Positions 22,099 to 36,600 of a stretch of 64,000 nt of DNA are shown here, one piece after another. The first letter of the stretch is position 1; every line of letters starts with the position of its first letter. Source of the DNA: Octopus vulgaris (taxonomy: Eukaryota). The stretch spans positions 91,574,001 to 91,638,000 of the forward strand of contig OX597818.1 of the NCBI GenBank assembly GCA_951406725.2. Direction: 5' to 3'. The notes beneath the pieces were generated by a model. That model worked only from the letters and a program-made list of their open reading frames with translations. It had not been told where the DNA came from and ran no database searches. The position numbers and the translations under genes were made by a program.

Positions 22099-22786
22099 CT
22101 TCATCTTATAAAATGTGGCCCCAGTAGACCCAAATGAAATCGTGTTATATTAATCAAAATGTGAAAAGGGGTCTAAATGGGGCTGGAAGAGGACTAAAAT
22201 TTAAAGGAGCGGGTGTTAGGCAATTCTCTGTTACATCAAGCTAAAAAATTTGCGCCAGCCTTTTAATCGTCAATGTGTTGCCGTCCATGATGAAGAAGTT
22301 TTGAATGCTTGCCATCGTGAGTCTACTGTCGTGAGAAAGAATCAATTCAAAACTTGGTTTTTAGGGATTTTCTTTTACATCAAGTTCAAAATTTTACGCC
22401 AGCCGTTGAACTGTTAATACGTTGCTGTCCGTCGTTAAGAAATACCAGCCATGGTGACTCTACTATCCTCAAATTCTATCCCTTCAAACTTTGGTTTCCA
22501 ATATTTTATTATTTTTATTCAGCTTGCAAGTTCGTCTGTCCCTTTTAAATGTTTGTGTTTTGCTGTCTGCCTTGAAGCAGACCTTTCCGTTGTTACTGCC
22601 TGATATTTATGATTGATCTTTCTAAATATTTTATTTCTCAACTTACTCAAGATCTTTTGTTGTTTATAAATGGGAGAGAGATAGATAAAGATAGAGAGTA
22701 AGAGAAAGCGACGGAGAGGCCGAGAGAAAGGAAGAGTAAGATAGTGGGAAAGTGAGAGAGAAAGGAGAGAGAAACAAAGAGGGAGA

Positions 22787-23100
22787 ATCATCATCATCAT
22801 CATCATCGTTTAACGTCCGTTTTTCGTGCTAGCACGGGTTGGACAGTTTGACTGGGGTCTGGGAAGCCAGGAGGCTGTACCAGACTCCAGTCTGATCTGG
22901 CAGTGTTTCTACAGCTGGATGCCCTTCCTAACGCCAACCACTCCGTGAGTGTAGAGGGTGCTGTTTTAGTGCTGCCGGCACTGGTGCCAGGAAGGCTGGC
23001 AGCGGCCACGATCGGTTGGTGCTTTTTACGTGCCACCATCACAGAAGCCAGTCAAGGCGGCGCTGCAATCCGCCACGTTCGGATGGTGCTTTTTACCTGC
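22787..23100 (-). mobile_element. SINE/LINE-tail family D with (GAT)n tail
   Basis: Minus strand TGGTTGGCGTTAGGAAGGGCATCCAGCTGTAGAAAC...GGACGTTAAACGATGATGATG. Confidence 0.65.
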
Positions 23101-23494
23101 TGAAAGGAAGCAACAGAAAGTAACAACCACACTCTTACCCGCGCGTAGAGCGGGTCACCTTCAGCTAGTATATATATATATATTTATTTTAGTATATATA
23201 TATATACAAAATGACCCCCCGTCCAATGGACGGTGCTCAGTTGTCAAACATGTGAAACAAATTTTCTTAAAACAATTTGTCCGACCGTCAAATAGGCCTC
23301 CCCTTTGAGAAACAATTATTTAACCTAATTTTGAGACACCAAAGAAAAAAGATTTCCCACGGCTTTATCGATCGCATTCTCACCTGGAAACTATTTTTGT
23401 AATTTTTTCAAGACTTATACACGCCCTGATACCGTCGGTATCTACATATCAAATTCGAGCGCAATTGGCTGGAGGATGCCTGAGATCTTAGAAG

Positions 23495-23537
<43 letters not shown>

Positions 23538-23549
23538 CATATATATATA

Positions 23550-24418
23550 CGAGGTCTGATCAATAAATATAGGGGCTGTTGCCATTGTAACGAATCTAAA
23601 GTACGCAGAGTAAAGCCGCTGGACGAATATTGACCTTGAACTCTGTTGTGCCTGCGCATTAAATTTTAACGTTCTAGCTCACTTCCGCTGTTTGCAGTAG
23701 TGCTTGGAAGGAAGTTGCGTAGCGTGTGGTTGTCGCATTGATCATGACAGTGAAAGTTGTCATGGTGATCCCTACTCAGGGTCGTACGTAAAGTCGCAGA
23801 AAGTGTATGGAGAGAGGTTTATCAGCCGCACACATGTGTACAAGTGTGTTAGACGTTTCCAAGATGCCCGAAAAATGTCGATAGACCCGAAATCAGCAGA
23901 ACTGGGAGAAACATCGCAGATGTGGATGCAGCTGTGTGAGGGAAATCGTCGAATCACCATCTGTGAATTATGAGGATATGAAGATTAGTTACGGTTCAGT
24001 TCAGTACATTATCACTCAAGATTTGGGTATGAGATGCGTGTCTGCCAAGTTTGTGCCAAAACCACTTTCAGCTGACCAAAATGATACTCGGTTTTCAGTT
24101 GCACAAGATTTCCTTTACTGTGTCGAGAACGAAGAAAATTATTTACGTAGGCCTTTGAGCTAATATCATCAAGCTTTTGGCAAGACTTTATGCAGACTTT
24201 CTGCTGAACTTTCTGTGTCATGGTCATCGCGACGATCACACACTGCATACGTTCCTTCCAAGTACTACCCTAAACAGGAGAAGTAATCTAGAACGTTAAA
24301 AGTTAGTGTGCATGCATGTCAGTGTTCAAGGAAACCTGTGCCGTACCAAGCAGCTTTAGTGTGCGTGCTTTAGCTTCGTTACTATTGCAACAGTCTGGAT
24401 ACTTTTTGATCAGATCAA
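23550..24418 (+). mobile_element. Second copy of the mariner derivative with long inverted arms
   Basis: TA|CGAGGTCTGATCAATAA TIR; transposase fragments KVYGERFISRTHVYKC..FQDAR and ISYGSVQYIITQDLGMRCVSAKFVPKPLS; colinear with 3435-4303 in the opposite orientation. Confidence 0.8.
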
Positions 24419-24529
24419 TTATATATATTGTATATCAAACCCAAGCCACTAGATTTAATTTGTTTATCTGCGTAATTCTCTCTCTTCCTCTCTCTGTTAC
24501 TCTTTATAATACATACATACATACATGCA

Positions 24530-24576
<47 letters not shown>

Positions 24577-24599
24577 ATGTGTGTGCGTGTGTGTGTGGG

Positions 24600-24638
<39 letters not shown>

Positions 24639-27109
24639 CATATATATTTCTGACTAATTTATGAAATTGTACACTTCTCTATCCATGATAACAAACTCTT
24701 TACAATGGTAACTTTTGCATATTTTATTTTGCCGTTTTCTTTTAAGTCGTGTTGTTCTTCAGTTTTCTTATTTAATATTTGTTGTGTTGTGGGTCTGTGG
24801 TTTTACTACATTCCTCTCGAAATTGCTCTTCAATCTTATCGTCAATGCATCAGTTGAGGTTATTATCTGTGTTGATTCTAAGACTAGAATCATTATACTT
24901 CTCTATCGGACAGCAACATACTTTGATAGAGCTTTTGTGGCTCATTATCGTGGCGAAGATGGTGTATAGGAAAATGTCTATGTACAGGATTACGGATATC
25001 TTATACTCATTAGCTGCTAGTTTCACACTAAAAGGGAATTGTATAACAGGTTTTGACTTTATACAATTTTTTCCTTCATATGCGACTTTGTAATGGGAAA
25101 AATATTTAAGATTTCTGCGTGAAAACCACTCTTTTTATTGGCGTTATGTACGACAGTCGAAATACGTTTCAGTTGAAATTATAACAGAAATACACCTGGT
25201 AATATTTCTAAATAATTATTTCTAGTTTATATGTTGGAGTGCATTTAAATACATATATGTTAGATTGTTATTCAGCTTCCTGCAGATATATATTTTACGG
25301 AGTTTTGCTTCAACGGAGAGAGTGTTACCGAAGACGATATACACCTAAATGTATTATGAAATTTGTGAGCCATTGAGATGCCCTAAGTATTTTGTTCTTT
25401 GCTGTTTCGTTAGAGTTGAATAAATAAGTTTATACATACATATATATGTATATCTCTATCTCCCTATATAAATGTACATAGTGTTATATCTATCCATGTA
25501 TCTATCTATGTATCTGTCTCTGTTCATTACGGAGGGAGGTGGAGAAAAGAAGAATTAGAGAAGAAAGGAGGAAGAAAACAGTATTGAGGAGAGAGTCAGA
25601 CACTGTTTTGTAAAGATCTGAGAAAATCTGTTGTTTCGAACTAGACATATAGGACAACAGCCATATTGTATTGAGTAAAAATTGGCTGTCAAAGTTGTAG
25701 TAACAAAATATTAGCATGCTACCACTAATCGATACTAATATGACGTCTTCATATAAGAGTTTGACACCGTTATAGATACATGTTAATAAATATAACCTAG
25801 TTTCGAAATTCCTCAAACTTTTATAACCATTTGAAATAACAACCATGACTGTATGTTAATATGTTAAGTATTGACAATATCGGCATGGGGAAATCAGAAA
25901 TTTAATGTATTGGATAATTACTAATTGTATATGATTGATTGTTAACACTCTGGTGCAAAAAGTAGAATTCTCATGCAGTGCAAATTGTGATCATATAAGC
26001 CTTGAAAACTATTAATGCAGATAATAAAAACCGATGGGCATTATTATCTGTTCTTTAAAAATTCAACAATATCATAAGATTTGAGGCAATCAGAAATTTC
26101 ACATGATTCTACCTACAGTATCTACAGAAAAAAAATTAATTAACTATGACGCCAAAATCTTAATCAGCATACGTCATTATTGAGAAATACGGTATCGGTT
26201 TTCTGTGAATATAACTGTAAACACAACAATATCTAAACAAGCTCCCTTTATCGAAACTAATTTTTGTAAATGACTCGATCGGTGGAGGCTAGAAATATTC
26301 AACATTTTACAAATTTGTTACAGCTTTTTTAAAATTTCCCAAAGCGTACAGATATTTTAGCTTCGTATATATTTCTGATTTATTTAGAAATTTGAGTACG
26401 CATTTAAGTGGATTATTATTACCTAATAACTGTTGATATACCGAAGCAAGAAGACAATCAGTAGTTATTTTATTTTATTATTTCCTTTTAATTTATGGTT
26501 ACTTTATAGGTTTGACTGTTGAGAAAATGCAATGCATTATTCAAGTGAAATATATATTTTTTTCTATTAATTATCGATATATTATAGAAAATTGCATATG
26601 ATAGCCCTCTATAATTTAATCTTTTTCTTTTTCTTTTCGCATAGACGGAGACGGAATTTAAGATATAACTTTAAGGTGAAAAGGGCAACTTTTGAACGCA
26701 TCATATGACAGGGATTTTTAATCACAGGGTCGCGACCAAAATTGGGTTATTCACTAATTTTTTTTAATCTTGTTTAGCTTGCGAAATAAGATCGCAATTT
26801 TATCATTTTTGAAATAAGCAAAATCATTTTTAACCAGTATCATTGTTATTATATATAACTGCACACATTCTGCATAATAAATATACTTGCAAAATACTCA
26901 AAGGTGTTACTATTTGAATTCTTCTAAACTAATGACACCAGATATTACACTCACAATTCACTTACCAACAAAAGACAAGAGCATGCACCAAATATGTTAC
27001 ATCTTAATCTAACATCTGTTTCTTCATGTTACATTTACTTTTGTTCCATATAAGCTCTGTCTTTTAATTTTTCATTACCACGTAGAAAAGTTTGCAAACT
27101 TTCGTGTTT

Positions 27110-27145
<36 letters not shown>

Positions 27146-27302
27146 ACTCTCTCTCTCTACACACACACCCTCACACGCGGCGCGCACACAAATATATACA
27201 TATGTATGTGTGCGTCTGTGTGAGTGTATGTGTGTGTGTGTAATCCAATGACAAGAAAAAGACAAAGAAAATACCTGAAGACATCATTACTTAATTCAAG
27301 AT

Positions 27303-27699
27303 GTGTTAATGAATTCTCATTGTCTCCTTTTCGTTGGATTATTTACTCTTCGCCAAACACATATGGTGGTATAATCGCCGTAAAACGTGGATTTTCTACA
27401 CCTGAAGCATTCCGGTTTATGACTTGGATCCCGAAAGTGTATTCGGATGGATTGCTTCACTGGAAATGCCCCAACATCACACACAACCTAAACGTAACCA
27501 TTTGTTCAATACCAAATATACATTTCGTATGGGTATTTCCAGAGAAGCACTCAACCTGAATACTGGGCTATCAATACTGTTGGCATCGAAGCCACAGCCG
27601 GAATACTTCTGGTGTACAAAATACAATTTGCACGACGATTATGCGTTTGGCGAAGTGTAAATAACCCAACGAAATGAATGCAATGAACATTTTTAACAC
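27303..27699. mobile_element. Foldback/MITE-like palindromic element
   Basis: Imperfect inverted arms of ~170 bp (e.g. TTTCGTTGGATTATTTACTCTTCGCCAAAC / GTTTGGCGAAGTGTAAATAACCCAACGAAA; TGCTTCACTGGAAATGCCC / GGGTATTTCCAGAGAAGCA) around a ~60-bp spacer. Confidence 0.75.
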
Positions 27700-28012
27700 C
27701 ACTTTAATTAATTAAATATGTGTTAAAGAATTTTCTTTGTCTTTAACTTTTCATTGGATTACATATTGTTGGAAACGTAATTTATTAGGTACAATAAATA
27801 GGATAACCAGACAATAGTAAAAACAATGTAACGAACTAACAAATCTGTTTAGGAAATAACAATCAATATTCCTTGTGAACAAACCAACCGAAACCTTCTG
27901 ACTTCACTGCGAACTAACACGAATTTCACCCAAGTCCGAAAATTGAACTACATATATATATGTATACGTATGTGTGTGTTTGTAGATATAGGTATATATG
28001 TGTGTTTGTATG

Positions 28013-28070
<58 letters not shown>

Positions 28071-28861
28071 GGCTAGATCGCTTATCACATATGCAGCAAT
28101 AAATAAGAGCACGAAAATATCGCGTTGAAAAGCCTGGAGACAGGATATGTAGGATGCCTAAGTCATTTTAGCCAAAAGTTTTTCCAAACCTACTATTCAC
28201 GAGCGATTACTTGTAGAATTATTTCACGTTCTCTCGAAGCTTATGATTTCGTATAATACCAATACACACACACACACACACACATACACACATATATATA
28301 TATACACACATACAGACACACGCACACACATATATACACAAATACCCATATTGTTTATCTTTTATTGATTTGAATCATTGGATTGCAGCCACAATAGGTC
28401 ATGACTTGAATAGATTATTCGATCAATGCTACCTCGATATTTATTTTAATCTTATATATACTCTGTTGTTCTCCTATGCCGAGTGGTTAATCTATGAAGT
28501 CATAAGCAAATAAACAAATTCTTTTCAAACAGTGAGGTGTAAACACAAAGACACACACACACATATGTGCATACACAGATATATAATGGTAATGTCAAAT
28601 AAATTGCTATGGTTATTGGTATTTTTATGGTGATTGGCTCTGCACCAGAAATTATCCTCAAACGAAATAAGGAATTTGCGAGCATTAAGGATTATGCAAA
28701 TTTCTAATCCGATATAGTTAGTTAGATTCCTAGCTAGAAGGAGAGCTTGATTAAGAAGGTTTGGGGGAAATAGAATAATAATGATTATTTATATCGAATT
28801 GTATGTAAGAATAAGTGTTTCTGTTGTTTAAGAAATGGAATCATATTATAACTTCACTTGT

Positions 28862-28966
<105 letters not shown>

Positions 28967-29002
28967 GCGAAAATCAGAGAGAGAGAGAGAGAGAGAGAGA
29001 TA

Positions 29003-29300
29003 CAGTGTGTCCTCAAATCCATGCGCATTTTAACAGCTGATAACTCAGTTTCTATTTCTATTTAAATTGACCTCACAGCGATTATTAAAAGAATCCAGAC
29101 TAAGCTTAATCAAAGAGAAATAGTCCTGAAGTGCTACTGCAAGGTCGACAACGCTGTCGAAATGCAATGACATTTTAGGGAATATTTTTAATCAAATCGA
29201 CATCCACTACATATCATCTCTAGAATTAGAGCTAAGTTGGTAGTCGATGGAATTGTTCAGGATGCGTTTCAGAAGACTACAGATAACGGAGGAACATCAC
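29003..29300 (+). mobile_element. Tc1/mariner-superfamily 5' fragment (DUF4817-like HTH)
   Basis: TA|CAGTGTGTCC start; QREIVLKCYCKVDNAVEMQ*HFREYF...IISRIRAKLVVDGIVQD. Confidence 0.55.
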
Positions 29301-29697
29301 TTTAGCTAATCAGAAATTACATTGTGATGCGGTTTATTATGAAAAGTAATAATTCGACTATTTTCTGACGGTTGTGTAACTGATGCGATTAACTTTATTT
29401 TTCTGCGTCAATATATCATGCCAGGCATTAATACCATCAAGGTCGGGTAATACACACTATCACAGACATTTTCACAAAGAGTTAGATTGGTCGATGACGT
29501 TCAGTTGATTACTATGTGCATTCACTGTACTTTAAACCATAATATTTTTAAATAGAAATAATTAAAAGATAAAGTTTGATACAGGGCAGGTAACTTCGGA
29601 GAATTCAGAGCAGTCACTCAACGAGGATGAGCAAAGATAACAAACGAAATATTTGCTGATGCATTCGAACCTATTGCACACATACAGAAACACACAG

Positions 29698-29700
<3 letters not shown>

Positions 29701-29791
<91 letters not shown>
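29701..29791. repeat. (CA)n microsatellite
   Basis: Direct inspection. Confidence 0.95.
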
Positions 29792-29794
<3 letters not shown>

Positions 29795-30218
29795 TCCTCA
29801 AGTAGATTCAATTAGATTTTGAAAATGAAATGTATTTTGATAAACACTAACTTGATAACGATTGAACATGTATACGCATTTATAGGATACCCTGTATTGA
29901 TATAAAAATATACACACACATACATCTACAAACACACACTTACACACACACACAAACGCACACGCACTCAAACACGCAAACACAAAGGGAAAATATTATG
30001 CAATTATAAAATATTTTATTGAAAAGGGTACGGATTGTATGCAAGTTGTTTTTTCATTTTTCCCTTTCGTCGAATCAGACATCGAATGCCTTTGCAATTC
30101 TGCCAAACTACATGAGAATTCTGGGATTTCTTTTCTTTCTTTTATTTTGGATTGAGCTGGCAACATTGCAGTGTCCTTTGTATTATTGCTGCACTACGTT
30201 TTTATTCACTAAAGCACG

Positions 30219-30778
<560 letters not shown>

Positions 30779-30799
30779 TAGCTGTTAGTGGTGGTGAAT

Positions 30800-31880
30800 C
30801 TTCTTGAGATTTGTGTTGATATAAACATCACTAGCTTTCCCAAATTTTTTTTCTCTCTTTTAGCAGGGTTATATCTGAGACGTTAGGAAAATTAATCCTG
30901 ATATTAAAAGTTTACACTGATTTATATATAGTGAAAACATTGTTTCAAAATGCTTATCGTTGGAATTAAGTTTAACCATGAATCATATCTTTCAAATTGC
31001 AAATTTTATAACGTCGAATTATCTCAGTAACAGATACTTGAGCGATTTTTGTTTTTCAGTCGAATTTGAATAGGAATCATTACTGTATTACTCAGAGAAC
31101 AGATGGCTATCTTGCAAGAAAATTTTCTGCAGCGAATCGTTCTCTTCGGAAATAAAGTAAAAAAGTTTTAACTTAAATAAAAAAAATAATAATAATACAA
31201 TTACAGTTAGCCATTATCTTCAAAATTTTTAGATTCCAAGCGAATGCGTCAATTATTAGCTTATCATTTTGAATTTCGTTCTTGAAGTGAATGATTTAAA
31301 TATCTTTTTACAAGACTGTGATCAAACAATTCTTCATTTAATGGGGAAAATAAATGTTTTTCAAGTAGAAGCACAAATTGTAAGGAATCGGAGCAAAGAG
31401 AAACTGTAACGTTTTTAGTATCCATCCGACTGAAAGAAGATTACGATGAAAATTTAATGACGTCCAGGATATTATCTCGAGCCATCTAGCAAAAATTGAT
31501 AACAGAATTTAATCACCACATTCGGAAACCAAGAAAAGATTTTGAGAAATAGAATTAGGTGCGAATTGTGTTGAAGATTTGCCTCAGGGTTTTGCTAATG
31601 TTAATAAATTTTACGAACAATTATAGAAAACGAAAACGCGGTGCAAATTTAAAATTTCAATAAAGATATGACAAATATCAGTTCAATTAAGTTGAATGTT
31701 ATAAACAGGAAAAAGAAAACAGAAAGAGTAAAAATATTGCTGCTAAGGCTCTGTTTGAAACCGGATTGATATGTATTTTATCGATGATGAATTTTAAACT
31801 AAACGACATTCTTAAATTCGTTGAAGGTCAAGTTCCTCATTAAACTCGATAAATATGCATTTAGTTTCATATAAATAATT
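30800..31880 (+). mobile_element. Degraded hAT (Buster/Charlie-like) transposase remnant
   Basis: Broken frames give SLH*FI.SENIVSK (C-x2-H-like), LLYYSENRWLSCKKI (cf. LLYYTEVRWLS), EVNDLNIFLQ and LFETG (cf. LCETGFS). Confidence 0.6.
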
Positions 31881-33112
31881 TCACAGCTTTTCTGAAAAGC
31901 GAGTAAGTGGCGGGGCGTACATAGACATTTCATTGAGACTAAGACTTATTAAGTCATAAAGAAACTATAAATTTTTTTATTAATATTTATAAATCATGTT
32001 ATAAAGTAATCTTCATAAAAACTCCTAAAATTTCATTTCTTTTAGTGATATTGAACGAGGTTTTATTAAAACAAATGAAATTATTAAATGAAGAACTGCG
32101 GACCACATTTCAATTATGCTTACAAGATTTATATTATAGATTATAAGGCTTATCAAAATAAACTGCGACGGAGAATAAATTAAATTGCCATAATTGCGGA
32201 AGCAACTAGCTATTTTCCTGAGTAGATTCAGTAATTAAGTAATATAATTCCTTTGAAATATTTGCTAATGTTTCGAAGAATACGCAGAGAAATCATCCAC
32301 CAATTTACCGTTTTACAATACTAAATTTGCTTTTCTTAATTAATTAAGAAAAGACGGGTGCCTGCTATATTTACTTCTGTAATAAATATACCCAAGTTTA
32401 AAAAAATACTCAAAGATGAATACAACTTGTTCATGAAAGATTTTGTATACCAGTATTTGGATTGTCGGCATAGAATGATATTCAGCTGTGTTTCTATTCT
32501 AAAGTTTATTGATCTGCAAGCCTATGAATGGGATTCAAGGGAAATTGTGGGTACAGTTTCAAATATAGTTTACTATTGATGCAGAAAATCAGTTGATTCC
32601 AAAGAAATGCTTATAATATGTCTGTTTCAAGTGGTTTATTTTCTCTTCTCTTCTCAACCAGACGACGTGCACTATGTATTTCTTGAGATTGAGGAAAATG
32701 TATTATACAAAGACGAGTAAAGAAAGCGCGTATAAAGTTATTATACAGACGTTAATGTAAAATAATGCCATTAAGCTATTTTTCTTACAGCAATATAATA
32801 GCTAATAATGCTTATAGATTTGTTGGGATAATTATTTAAAACCTAAAGTGGATATGAGTCATTAATACTAATAAATGCGAAATTTTGGCATCCACTCAAG
32901 GTTTCCTGAAATATCGTCGGCCAAAAGACAGGAGAAGGTGTGTTATGTCGGGCTAGACAGGCTTTCAGACGATTGGTAAACCTGAATGATTAAAAACTTC
33001 CCTCCACAAATGGTCGGCTGCTTGATCCCATTTCGTGACATCTTGGACAAATAAATCTTATATAGGCAAGGGCTGACCTATATTTTGCACACGAAATAGG
33101 GTAGCTGCTATT

Positions 33113-33472
33113 TCTATGTATATAAACGGCAAAATATCTGTGTGTGTGTGTGTGTCCTTTATACAAATTCACACGTTTTCAGTTATAGTGCTTGCACTTT
33201 CTATGATCATTTAAAACCGTCTCAGGGTGGTGGTGCACATGTTTACATTTCCCTGGGGACCCAGCAAAGCCATTAAAAAATCAATAGAAGTTACTTTTTT
33301 GTGAATTTTCTATCCCAAACCCAATCTAAATGCCCGAAACTTGATACGCCAATTGAATGCCAGCTGTGATTGGTCGGAGATTTGGACAGTACTCGCGTGT
33401 ATGTGCGCACGCACGCAGCTGTATATGCATGCACTAGCACTATGACCTGGCGTTACCGGGTCATAGTGCTAG
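33113..33472 (+). mobile_element. Non-autonomous Helitron-like element with palindromic 3' end
   Basis: 5' TCTATGTATATAAACGGCA plus (TG)n, as in the element at 4-387; 3' hairpin 33433-33473 ending in CTAG|T. Confidence 0.7.
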
Positions 33473-34554
33473 TAACTAAATAAAAACCTGTGAGATGTAT
33501 GTATATAAAATCCAAAAGGCACACGCTTGTCATATACGGCGTGGCGCCAATTCAACTTGAGAATCATTATGTTAATTGTAAGCATATACGTGGAATATTC
33601 AGTCTTATGTGTTATTTCAGGAGCCGGTCTCTCAGTTCTAGAGGTTTGTGGAGCATAATTAATCTCCCTTTCTGTATTTCGTTCTCTACTTAACTCTTGA
33701 TCTCTTCATATATATTCGTCTCCAACGTATTTATCCTTTATATTTCCCTTTTACTTAATTTATCTAACCAAGCTAGAAAATCCCAGCTCTACAAAATTGT
33801 CTCGGACAGTATCCAAGCATTGCGGACATGTGGTGTTATGTCAATTTGTTGTGCTCATATGTGGGACAAATCCAGCTATCGGCCGATACCATCATAGGAG
33901 CCACCTTCATCATCTTCCTTAACAAGGCGGAGCAGGAAATGCACTTCCTTAGGGTCAAAGAGGTTCATAGAATAGAGGCCAGACGCTTTCCAAACGCCTT
34001 TATTATTCTAATTCCTCTTGGAAAAGGAACTGAGGAATAGTAAGAAAGAGCTCAATTATAGGAAGGTTGTCAACAGATGAGAGTCCGTGGCAAAACTGGT
34101 AAGGACGAATATACTTTTAGCTAAAACAAGAGTCTGTATCCTTTTTGGTACGGATGATCCTGGATCAGTGGAGTTCCTTGATTTGTAGTAATTGAAGGCT
34201 TTTCTGGGCCTGGAGGACTGCATCAGTCATATATTTACATTTTTTGTACATTGTATAATTTTATCCCATTTATCCCCATGAATTTCATTCCTTTTTTTAT
34301 GTGTGTAGATTGTAAAGTGACACTATAATCTGCTTTCCATTAGATGTTCTTGCAGCAGATAACAGAAATCATTATCATCATTATGATCATGATCGTTGTT
34401 ATCGTCGTCGTCGTCGTCGTCGTAGTCGTCGCCATCGTGGTCGCCAATATCGTTGCCAGCGTCGTAGTGATATTCCTTATCATCATTATCATCTTCACCA
34501 TTCTTCTTGTTCTTTTTCTTCTTCTTCTTCCTCTTCTTCTATAATTATTATTAT

Positions 34555-34562
34555 AAGTAGTT

Positions 34563-34600
<38 letters not shown>

Positions 34601-34613
34601 TGTTGTTGTTGTT

Positions 34614-34651
<38 letters not shown>

Positions 34652-34664
34652 TGGTGTTGTTGTT

Positions 34665-34695
<31 letters not shown>
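34555..34695. repeat. (TAG)n/(TTG)n microsatellite
   Basis: Direct inspection. Confidence 0.9.
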
Positions 34696-34729
34696 CGCTA
34701 ATTTTAAACCCTATGACTTCATAAGTTGC

Positions 34730-35190
34730 AATTGATCCTTTAAGCTGTTGATGAGTGTCTCAAAACCTTTCGTATTCCCGTATGTAATCCCTCACTTATG
34801 CACATTATCAGTGCATATGCACGTTCTTTATCAGCATCTGAACACGAGTATCACATTTTCTACTCGATATTGCAAATAATTATCAGTAAAATTCCATATT
34901 GATCGGCGATCTTAATGCTAGAATAGGTAACAAACACACAGTGTGGTCAAATGTTATAGGAAAATATGGAACAGGTAGGATAAAAGTGATTTCCAAAATC
35001 TTTTGTCTTTTTGTCAGCAATGTTTATAACAATTACAAACCCATTAGGCAGATAAATAATCAACTACAAGCATGTTGGTAACTGCTTGAGTATGTCATAA
35101 CTAAACAGAATGGTTGCAGTGATGTGAGATTAACCAGACTTCACAAAGCTCTGGAGTGTTACTGAGATCACAGAATGGTTCACAATTAGT
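34730..35190 (+). mobile_element. LINE (RTE-like) apurinic endonuclease remnant
   Basis: ISAYA..., ILIGDLNARIGNKHTVWSNVIGKYGTG, LEYVI, *DHRMV: APE-domain motifs. Confidence 0.7.
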
Positions 35191-35229
35191 TATTTCTTGG
35201 TCTCATTATTTTTAGTGAGTAGGTAAGTA

Positions 35230-36600
35230 ATACCTCCTACTAACCAATTTTGTGGCATCTCATAATTTCATTGAATAACTGTGCGCACGGGAGCAATGTA
35301 AGTTAGGAATTTGGTACCCTATCATTACCAATGAATTTCCATTTATGAGTCTTCGTGAGTGTCATCCTTCGGCCTGCTATTGTGATGTCTTCCTATCCTT
35401 GTTCGAGATGTTTCCAACTTCTTCCATGGCAGTGGGGTCTTCAACGGTTGTTTCCTAATTCCCTTTTTCTCTCTAGAGTGTTTTCCCTTTGGATGTGAAC
35501 AGCTTATTTTGCTTGTTAAATTTGTTTCTCCGCATATCTTTGTATTCTTTGAGCTTTTGCCAGAACATATTTCTGCAATGTTCTTTTACTAAAAGCAGTT
35601 CTTCTCTTGGTGAGAATTTATGTTTTCTCTTCATCTTTCTTCCTTCTCTGTTGTTTTTTTTTACATCGTCTCCACAGGTTAGTTCATTCAATAGCTTCCC
35701 CTTTAAATATTTCAATATCTTTTTCTCACTTTTACTTTTCCAGTTTGGAATTCTTCTCAGGTTTGTATTTCTCTGTGTTTCTAGAGGCATCTAACTGCTT
35801 TCTATTGTCTTAGCAGTTGCGCATATAATTTCATTTAATTCAGTGAGATCTGGTTTTAGTTCATGTATAATTTCCTTTGTTACATAGTTTCCGATTTTAA
35901 TTTGTTTTCTATTTTGGATTATAATTGAGACCTTATAAAGTGGTTCTCTATCATGCATTTTGGCGTATCTTACAGTTTCAAAAATTATTCAGGATTTTCT
36001 GCTTCAGCTCTATCATAGACACTCTATGTTCTTGAGTAAATGTGTAGTCATCAAATTTTGTTTCTTTACCACTTTCCTGTAATCTTTATCAGGTTCATTA
36101 CTATTTATTTCTCCAGACGTTTGAGAGTTTTGGTCAGGTGGCGAATGGCAGATGGAGAGTTGCTCTTCATTTCTTTGTTTTACATTAAAGTCATTTAATG
36201 CGTGCTTGATCGTGGTTATTTCACTATCTGTGAGTCTTTTATTTCTAAAGATGCCCCGCCACTAACATTTGCTAACTTGTTTTCGTCCAAATATAGTCTG
36301 CTGTCATATCGTGTTCATATGTGATAAGAGTGGGCGGTGTGTTTCTCTTCAGATGGCTTGCCTAATGCACAGTAATAGGCGTATATAACTTCTGTATACT
36401 CTTCTCGAGTTCATTTGATCCTATTACACTTTTCTTTCTATGGTGGACTTGGAGTGCTCGATTTGGGGCAGTTCCCGTTCAAGTGACCAGCCAAGTTGGT
36501 ATTCAGAGGAGAGTGTGTACCAGTGGTTGTCTTTTTTACTCCAGACTGGCTGCGCCCCGGGCCGCGTGCTTCCAGATTAACCATAGGACAGGCGATTTGG
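35230..36600 (-). mobile_element. Degraded R4/Dong-like non-LTR retrotransposon, 5' half
   Basis: RIK*TREEYTEVIYAYYCALG, LDENKLANV, LTDSEI, RIPNWKSK, NKFNKQNKLF: N-terminal motifs of R4-clade ORFs. Confidence 0.6.

Larger units (their letters stand above)
20360..23168 (+). mobile_element. Putative composite non-autonomous Helitron (~2.8 kb)
   Basis: 5' A|TCTCTATATATAAAAC; 3' hairpin ACCCGC-GCGTAGA-GCGGGT (23137-23155) then CTAG|T (23165-23169). That the two ends belong to one element is inferred. Confidence 0.5.

Noticed and set aside
32358-32579. 73-aa ORF downstream of the hAT remnant
   Set aside because: No recognisable motif and no convincing splice context.
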